From NCBI GenBank assembly GCA_035512195.1, contig DATKEK010000139.1, positions 1 to 39,700 of the forward strand: a stretch of DNA of 39,700 bases, written 5' to 3'. The notes under the pieces are model-generated. The model saw only the letters and a list, made by a program, of their open reading frames with translations, searched no databases and was not told the DNA's origin. Positions 35,339 to 39,700 of this stretch are shown here, one piece after another. The stretch comes from Burkholderiales bacterium (lineage in GTDB: Bacteria; Pseudomonadota; Gammaproteobacteria; Burkholderiales; Eutrophovitaceae). Both the position numbers and the translations under genes were made by a program. Numbering within the stretch: position 1 is the first letter of the stretch; each line of letters begins with the position of its first letter.

Positions 35339-36190
35339 GTGCTGTCCGAACTGACCAACGGGCAGGCGCTCGCGATCGAGGGAATCGACCGCGGTGAGGC
35401 CGCCTACCTGCTGCGGGCGGTGACGGGTGCGAAGCTGGCGCAGCTGATCGCGCATCCCGGGCAGCCGCTCCCGCCGCAGCAGTCGCAACGTTTTCACGAG
35501 CTGGTGCGCCGCCGCCGCCGCGGCGAACCGGTGGCGTATCTGGTCGGCAGCCGCGAGTTTTACGGGCTCGAGTTCGAGCTGTCGCCTGCCACCCTGATCC
35601 CGCGGCCGGAAACCGAACTGCTGGTGGAGCTCGCGCTTGCGCGCATCCCGGAAAATACGCCGCTGCGCGTGCTGGATATCGGTACCGGTAGCGGGGCAAT
35701 TGGGATTGCAATCGCCTCGCTGCGGCCACATGTTCAACTGGTGGCGGCGGATGTGTCCGAGGAGGCGTTGAGCGTCGCCGCAGGCAATGCGCGCCGCCTG
35801 CTGCCCGGCCGGCGCCAGCTGCGATTCGTCGAGAGCGACTGGTTCGACGCCCTGGACGGCGAATGCTTCGATCTGATCGTGTCGAATCCGCCTTACATCG
35901 CCGCAGCCGACCCGCATCTCGGGCAGGGCGATCTGCGCTTCGAACCGAAGGCGGCGCTGGTCGGCGGAAGCGATGGGCTGGACGCGATTCGCGTGCTCGT
36001 CTCGGGTGCGCCCTCGCATCTGCGGCCGGGCGGCTGGCTGTTGTTCGAACACGGGCACGACCAGTCGCAGGCCTGTGTCGAACTGCTGGCGGCAGCCGGG
36101 TTCTCGGAAATCTTCGACGAACGGGACCTGGCCGGCATCCCGCGGGTCGCCGGCGGCCGGCAGTTGGCGGGTAGAATGACGGCTGTCTGA
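35339..36190 (+). CDS. prmC: release-factor glutamine N5-methyltransferase
   Basis: GEPVAYLVGSREFYGLEF, LDIGTGSGAIGIA SAM motif, NPPY catalytic motif. GTG start inferred. Confidence 0.9.
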   Translation: MLSELTNGQALAIEGIDRGEAAYLLRAVTGAKLAQLIAHPGQPLPPQQSQRFHELVRRRRRGEPVAYLVGSREFYGLEFELSPATLIPRPETELLVELALARIPENTPLRVLDIGTGSGAIGIAIASLRPHVQLVAADVSEEALSVAAGNARRLLPGRRQLRFVESDWFDALDGECFDLIVSNPPYIAAADPHLGQGDLRFEPKAALVGGSDGLDAIRVLVSGAPSHLRPGGWLLFEHGHDQSQACVELLAAAGFSEIFDERDLAGIPRVAGGRQLAGRMTAV

Positions 36191-36292
36191 CTCGGTGAGT
36201 CATCGATGGCGGCGCAATCGCTGGACGGTGCCGTGCCGAGGATCGCGGAAACCGGAAAAACCACGTATGTAGAAAGGTTGAGGTTCAGGAAT

Positions 36293-36601
36293 ATGAATAC
36301 CCAGGAAATCATCAGGAAACAGGTTACGGAAAACCCGGTCGTGCTTTACATGAAAGGCACGCCGGAGGCGCCGATGTGCGGTTTTTCCGCGGCGGCGGTG
36401 CAGATCCTCGAGGCCTGCGGGGCGAATAACGTCGCCACGGTGAACGTGCTGGAGAACGAGGAGATTCGCCAGGCCATCAAGACGTTCTCCAACTGGCCGA
36501 CGATCCCGCAGCTCTACGTGAACGGCGAGTTCGTCGGCGGCGCCGACATCGTGCGCGAGATGTATCAGTCCGGCGAGCTGCAGAAGCTTCTCGGCAAGTG
36601 A
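36293..36601 (+). CDS. grxD: monothiol (Grx4-type) glutaredoxin
   Basis: Start MNTQEIIRKQV at 36293. CGFS active site. WPTIPQLYVNGEFVGG. Confidence 0.93.
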   Translation: MNTQEIIRKQVTENPVVLYMKGTPEAPMCGFSAAAVQILEACGANNVATVNVLENEEIRQAIKTFSNWPTIPQLYVNGEFVGGADIVREMYQSGELQKLLGK

Positions 36602-36768
36602 AACTGCACGGCGGCGGCACGCGGGGCAGGTAGAGCGACCGGGCTTTTTTGCTTGTCCGGCGCGTAACGGCACGCAGTTTCTGCGCACGAAATCCCGGAT
36701 GTTCATCCGCACCCTTCCGGCAAGCGACCTATAATCGGCGCCTCGACTCTGTTTTCAGTATCGCGTCC

Positions 36769-37083
36769 ATGATCGAATACCGCGGTGTTCACGATATCGG
36801 CGGGCTGCCGGCCGGCCCGGTCGAAGCGACCGAGCACGATTACGCGCTGTGGGAGAAACGCGTCGACGCTTTGCTGGTGTTGCTGTCGAAAAAGGGCCTG
36901 ATGACGGTGGACGAACTGCGGCGGAACATCGAGAGCCTGGGTGCGGATGCCTACGACAGGATGAGTTATTACGAACGCTGGATCTGGGCGATCTCGCAGA
37001 CGCTGATTCAGCGCGGGGTGATCAGCATCGATGAGCTAGGCCGTGCAATCGAGCGGGCCAAAGGCGGCGATGAGCGCGCCTGA
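36769..37083 (+). CDS. nitrile-hydratase beta subunit N-terminal-half homolog (thiocyanate hydrolase ScnB-like)
   Basis: 104 aa. Starts MIEYRGVHDIGGLP (the GxHDxGG N-terminus of NHase beta) followed by helical YYERWIWAISQTL. A TATAAT hexamer lies at 36730-36735. Confidence 0.75.
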   Translation: MIEYRGVHDIGGLPAGPVEATEHDYALWEKRVDALLVLLSKKGLMTVDELRRNIESLGADAYDRMSYYERWIWAISQTLIQRGVISIDELGRAIERAKGGDERA

Positions 37084-37375
37084 AACCATGGCGCCGCGTT
37101 TCAGGTCCGGCGACGAGGTGGCAGTGCGCAGCGCGTACCCGGTCGGGCATGTGCGCACGCCGTACTATATTCGCGGCAAGCGCGGCGTGATCGAACGCCT
37201 GTGCGGAGCATTCGGCAATCCGGAAGAACTTGCCTACGCGCGCTCCGGGCTCCCGCGGCAGCCGCTGTATCGCGTGCGTTTCCTGCAGCGCGAGGTGTGG
37301 CCGGACTACGGCGGCAATCCGCAGGACACGGTCGACGTCGAGATCTTTCAGCATTGGCTGGAGTCGGCCGCCTGA
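37070..37375 (+). CDS. nitrile-hydratase beta subunit C-terminal (SH3-like) half homolog (ScnA-like)
   Basis: PRFRSGDEVAVRS..PVGHVRTPYYIRGKRGVIERL...LYRVRF...VDVEIFQHWLE matches the NHase beta C-domain. Start ambiguous (37070 or 37088). Different frame from the previous gene. Confidence 0.72.
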   Translation: MSAPETMAPRFRSGDEVAVRSAYPVGHVRTPYYIRGKRGVIERLCGAFGNPEELAYARSGLPRQPLYRVRFLQREVWPDYGGNPQDTVDVEIFQHWLESAA

Positions 37376-37376
37376 C

Positions 37377-38021
37377 ATGCCTCACGATCACGATCATCCG
37401 CACGACCACGCAACGACCCACCGACACCCCCTGCGCCCGGACCAGGACGATACGCTCACTTACTGGCGCGCGATGGAAGTCGCGGTGCGCGCGCTGCTGA
37501 TCGACAAAGGCATCGTCACCGCCGACGAAGTCCGGCGGCAGGTCGAGGACATGGACCACCGCAGTCCGTTGCAGGGTGCCAGGGTCGTCGCCAAGGCGTG
37601 GGCCGACCCCGAATACCGGAAGCTGCTGCTGGAAGACGGTGGCGCAGCGTGCGAGGCGATCGGGCTCGATCGCGGTCCGTACAAGTTGGTGGTGGTGGAG
37701 AATACCGACGCAGTACACAACGTAATCGTCTGTACGCTGTGTTCGTGCTACCCGCGCTGGCTGCTGGGCCTGCCGCCGGACTGGTACAAGAGCCGGAGCT
37801 ATCGTTCCCGCGTCATCAACACGCCGCGCGAAGTACTCAAGGAATTTGGCACCAGCATCGGCGAGGAGGTGGTGGTGCGGGTGCACGATTCCACCGCCGA
37901 CATGCGTTACCTGGTGCTGCCGCGCCGGCCCGCAGGAACCGAAGGCTGGAGCGAGGAGCGGCTGGCCGGCCTGGTGACCCGCGACTCGATGGTCGGAGTT
38001 GCGCTGGCGCGCAATCCCTGA
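37377..38021 (+). CDS. nitrile-hydratase alpha-type catalytic subunit, Co-type signature (ScnC-like)
   Basis: VCTLCSCYPRWLLGLPPDWYKSRSYRSRV metal-binding claw. LVTRDSMVGV. His/Asp-rich N-terminus MPHDHDHPHDHATTHRH. Start lies 1 nt after the upstream stop. Confidence 0.88.
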   Translation: MPHDHDHPHDHATTHRHPLRPDQDDTLTYWRAMEVAVRALLIDKGIVTADEVRRQVEDMDHRSPLQGARVVAKAWADPEYRKLLLEDGGAACEAIGLDRGPYKLVVVENTDAVHNVIVCTLCSCYPRWLLGLPPDWYKSRSYRSRVINTPREVLKEFGTSIGEEVVVRVHDSTADMRYLVLPRRPAGTEGWSEERLAGLVTRDSMVGVALARNP

Positions 38022-38251
38022 AGTTCCTGTTCAGCGCTTCATAACGTTTTCGCCCGTCTTCGGCGCTTCTCAATGTCTCTCCGGATTCTCTTCACGTTTG
38101 CATCGCATGGAATCAAGCAGCCCCCGCTCCTGCAGGCAGATTCGCCGGCCTTGGCGTCGGCGGCAGGAACATTTCTTGTTAGAAACCCGCGCATGTCAGA
38201 AACACCGTCTTGGCAGACTGCTTGCCGCAAGGCTGCGCAGCGGGGTGAACC

Positions 38252-39181
38252 ATGGCTGAACGTCTCGCGCCGGCGCAGGCGATTTCCGGACTGATTCGCA
38301 ATCTCGCGTTTCGCCAGCCTCGGCAGTTTCGCACGCCGGCCAAAGGCGAGACCATCGTCCATGACGGGCGCCGGTACTTCATCGGCGACCAGATCGGTCG
38401 CGGCGGTTTCGGCGTGGTGTTCGAGTGCGCGGACGAGTGGGACAACGCACTGGTAGCGAAGATTCTGCTGCCGCAGGAGCGGCCGTATGCGCAGGTTCGA
38501 ATGAGCTGGATCGAGGAGTTCGGCAAGCTGCTGGAGCTGCGCCACCCGAACATCACGTTCCTGCACGATGCATTCGAGCATGAGGACACCTTCTATCTGG
38601 TGATCGAGCGCTGCAGTTTCCCGCTGACCGAGATCATTACCCACAAAAAGCTGGATGCAGATCTGTGGATTCCCTACGTCGCGCGCGACGTGCTGCAGGC
38701 GCTCGACTACATTCACGGCCGCGGTTACGTGCACAAGGACCTGCACCCCGGCAACGTGTTCGTCACCGAGACGCGTACCCGGCGGGTGTTGCTGAAGGAA
38801 CCGGTATGGTCGTTCAAGGTCGGTGACCTGGGGCTCACCCGGGTCGAATCGGACATACGCGTGTTCCAGACGCTGCTCGCCGACTGGATGCGCCCGCCCG
38901 AGGCCTACGATCCCGAGCAGTTCGGCCCGATCGGCCGCCATGTCGATATCTACCAGACCGGGCTGCTGCTGCTTGCGCTGATGCTGAAAGAGGTTCCCTA
39001 CTTCACCCAGGACGAGATCGTCGGCGGCATTCCGCAGGCGCTTGCCGCCAAGCATGGCTCCAGGTTCGGGGCAGTGGTGGCCAAGGCGCTGCGCCGCCAT
39101 ACCGAGTGGCGCACCCAGACCGCGCGCGAGTTCTGGCGGGAATTGTCCGCGGCAATGGCCAACGGTTCCGGCGCCACGTAA
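38252..39181 (+). CDS. stand-alone Hanks-type Ser/Thr protein kinase-like protein
   Basis: GRGGFGVV glycine loop, ALVAKIL lysine, HKDLHPGNVF catalytic loop, VGDLGL (DFG-like), MRPPEAY (APE-like). No TM or sensor domain. Confidence 0.8.
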   Translation: MAERLAPAQAISGLIRNLAFRQPRQFRTPAKGETIVHDGRRYFIGDQIGRGGFGVVFECADEWDNALVAKILLPQERPYAQVRMSWIEEFGKLLELRHPNITFLHDAFEHEDTFYLVIERCSFPLTEIITHKKLDADLWIPYVARDVLQALDYIHGRGYVHKDLHPGNVFVTETRTRRVLLKEPVWSFKVGDLGLTRVESDIRVFQTLLADWMRPPEAYDPEQFGPIGRHVDIYQTGLLLLALMLKEVPYFTQDEIVGGIPQALAAKHGSRFGAVVAKALRRHTEWRTQTAREFWRELSAAMANGSGAT

Positions 39182-39276
39182 ATCCAACTGCAGCGGCGAG
39201 AACGGGTCGAACTCGCCGGCGAGTCGGTGAATTTTTCCCAAGCCGGTTCCGGGTCCATGGCGGGAAAATCTCCACC

Positions 39277-39700
39277 ATGGACGACCAGAGAACTTCAAGA
39301 TCCCCGTTCCGCGGAAACTGCCGCCTGCCGGCGGCGTTGTTCGTCGCGTGCCTTATCGGGGGGGCGGCCGCCGCGGAATCCAGGCATCCCGCGGATCTGC
39401 GACTGGAACAGCAGAAACCGCCGTCGAAAAGCTGGCTGCGCGATGCGGATTCGGACGCCGAGCGCTTCCGCCGCATCGAGATAAACGAGCGCGGCTTCAG
39501 CCAGGCGATGGTGGAGGTCGGCAACCGCTTTCTCGAGGTGCACGAAGCGGTGTCGCATGAGGAATACGAGTTGGCGACTTACTACTGGGAGAAGATCCAG
39601 GACGCGATCAACACCGGCGTGATGCGCAGACCCGATCGCACCCGCAACGCCGAAGGCATGTTCCTGACCGGCCCCTGGAAAAACGTGCATGAGGCACTGC
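39277..39700 (+). CDS. exported hypothetical protein, N-terminal 141 aa (runs off the window; not in the ORF track)
   Basis: My translation from the ATG at 39277 is stop-free to nt 39700: MDDQRTSRSPFRGNCRLPAALFVACLIGGAAAAESRH...YYWEKIQDAINTGVMRRPDRTRNAEGMF... Signal-peptide-like N-terminus. Confidence 0.55.
   Translation, partial: MDDQRTSRSPFRGNCRLPAALFVACLIGGAAAAESRHPADLRLEQQKPPSKSWLRDADSDAERFRRIEINERGFSQAMVEVGNRFLEVHEAVSHEEYELATYYWEKIQDAINTGVMRRPDRTRNAEGMFLTGPWKNVHEAL

Noticed and set aside
35286-35354. Frameshift in prmC: a 22-codon ORF starts in an ATGA overlap with the prfA stop, then prmC continues in another frame from a GTG at 35339
   Set aside because: From the GTG, the (I/S)xxGEAxxLL block and the RRRRGEPVAYL block sit at about the same distance from the N-terminus as in E. 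coli PrmC. A full-length protein therefore needs no frameshift, and the short ORF is probably fortuitous.

Overview
High-GC (about 65%) proteobacterial chromosome segment. The gene order (argS-SPOR-dsbA, hemA-prfA-prmC, CIRCE-controlled groESL) looks betaproteobacterial, possibly Thiobacillus-like; that is inference only. Most of the window is intact housekeeping: gltB(partial)-gltD, hemE, priA, argS, SPOR protein, two DsbA paralogs, an SDR, a HAD hydrolase, a TPR protein, glmU-glmS, bioA/beta-CASP/dacB, groES-groEL, tRNA-Phe, hemA-prfA-prmC and grxD. About 24.8-32.8 kb and 36.7-39.7 kb look accessory. They hold two convergent decayed genes (sialidase-like and LTA-synthase-like) and a two-component Na+/solute symporter cluster. 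That cluster ends in a DnaQ-exonuclease/CBS/DUF294-nucleotidyltransferase fusion. They also hold a three-gene split-beta Co-type nitrile-hydratase/thiocyanate-hydrolase-like enzyme, a minimal Hanks-type kinase, and an exported protein that runs off the window. The most unusual signal is non-coding. A near-consensus promoter at 32369-32397 drives an exact copy of the 5' half of tRNA-Phe, broken in the anticodon loop. Three tandem 72-82 nt modules follow it, and their helices are kept by compensatory substitutions. The intact tRNA-Phe comes last. I cannot assign these modules to any RNA family I know. Many long ORFs in the track are antisense shadow ORFs of a GC-rich genome and are not called. 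No database or folding computation was possible, so all family calls rest on motifs read by eye.
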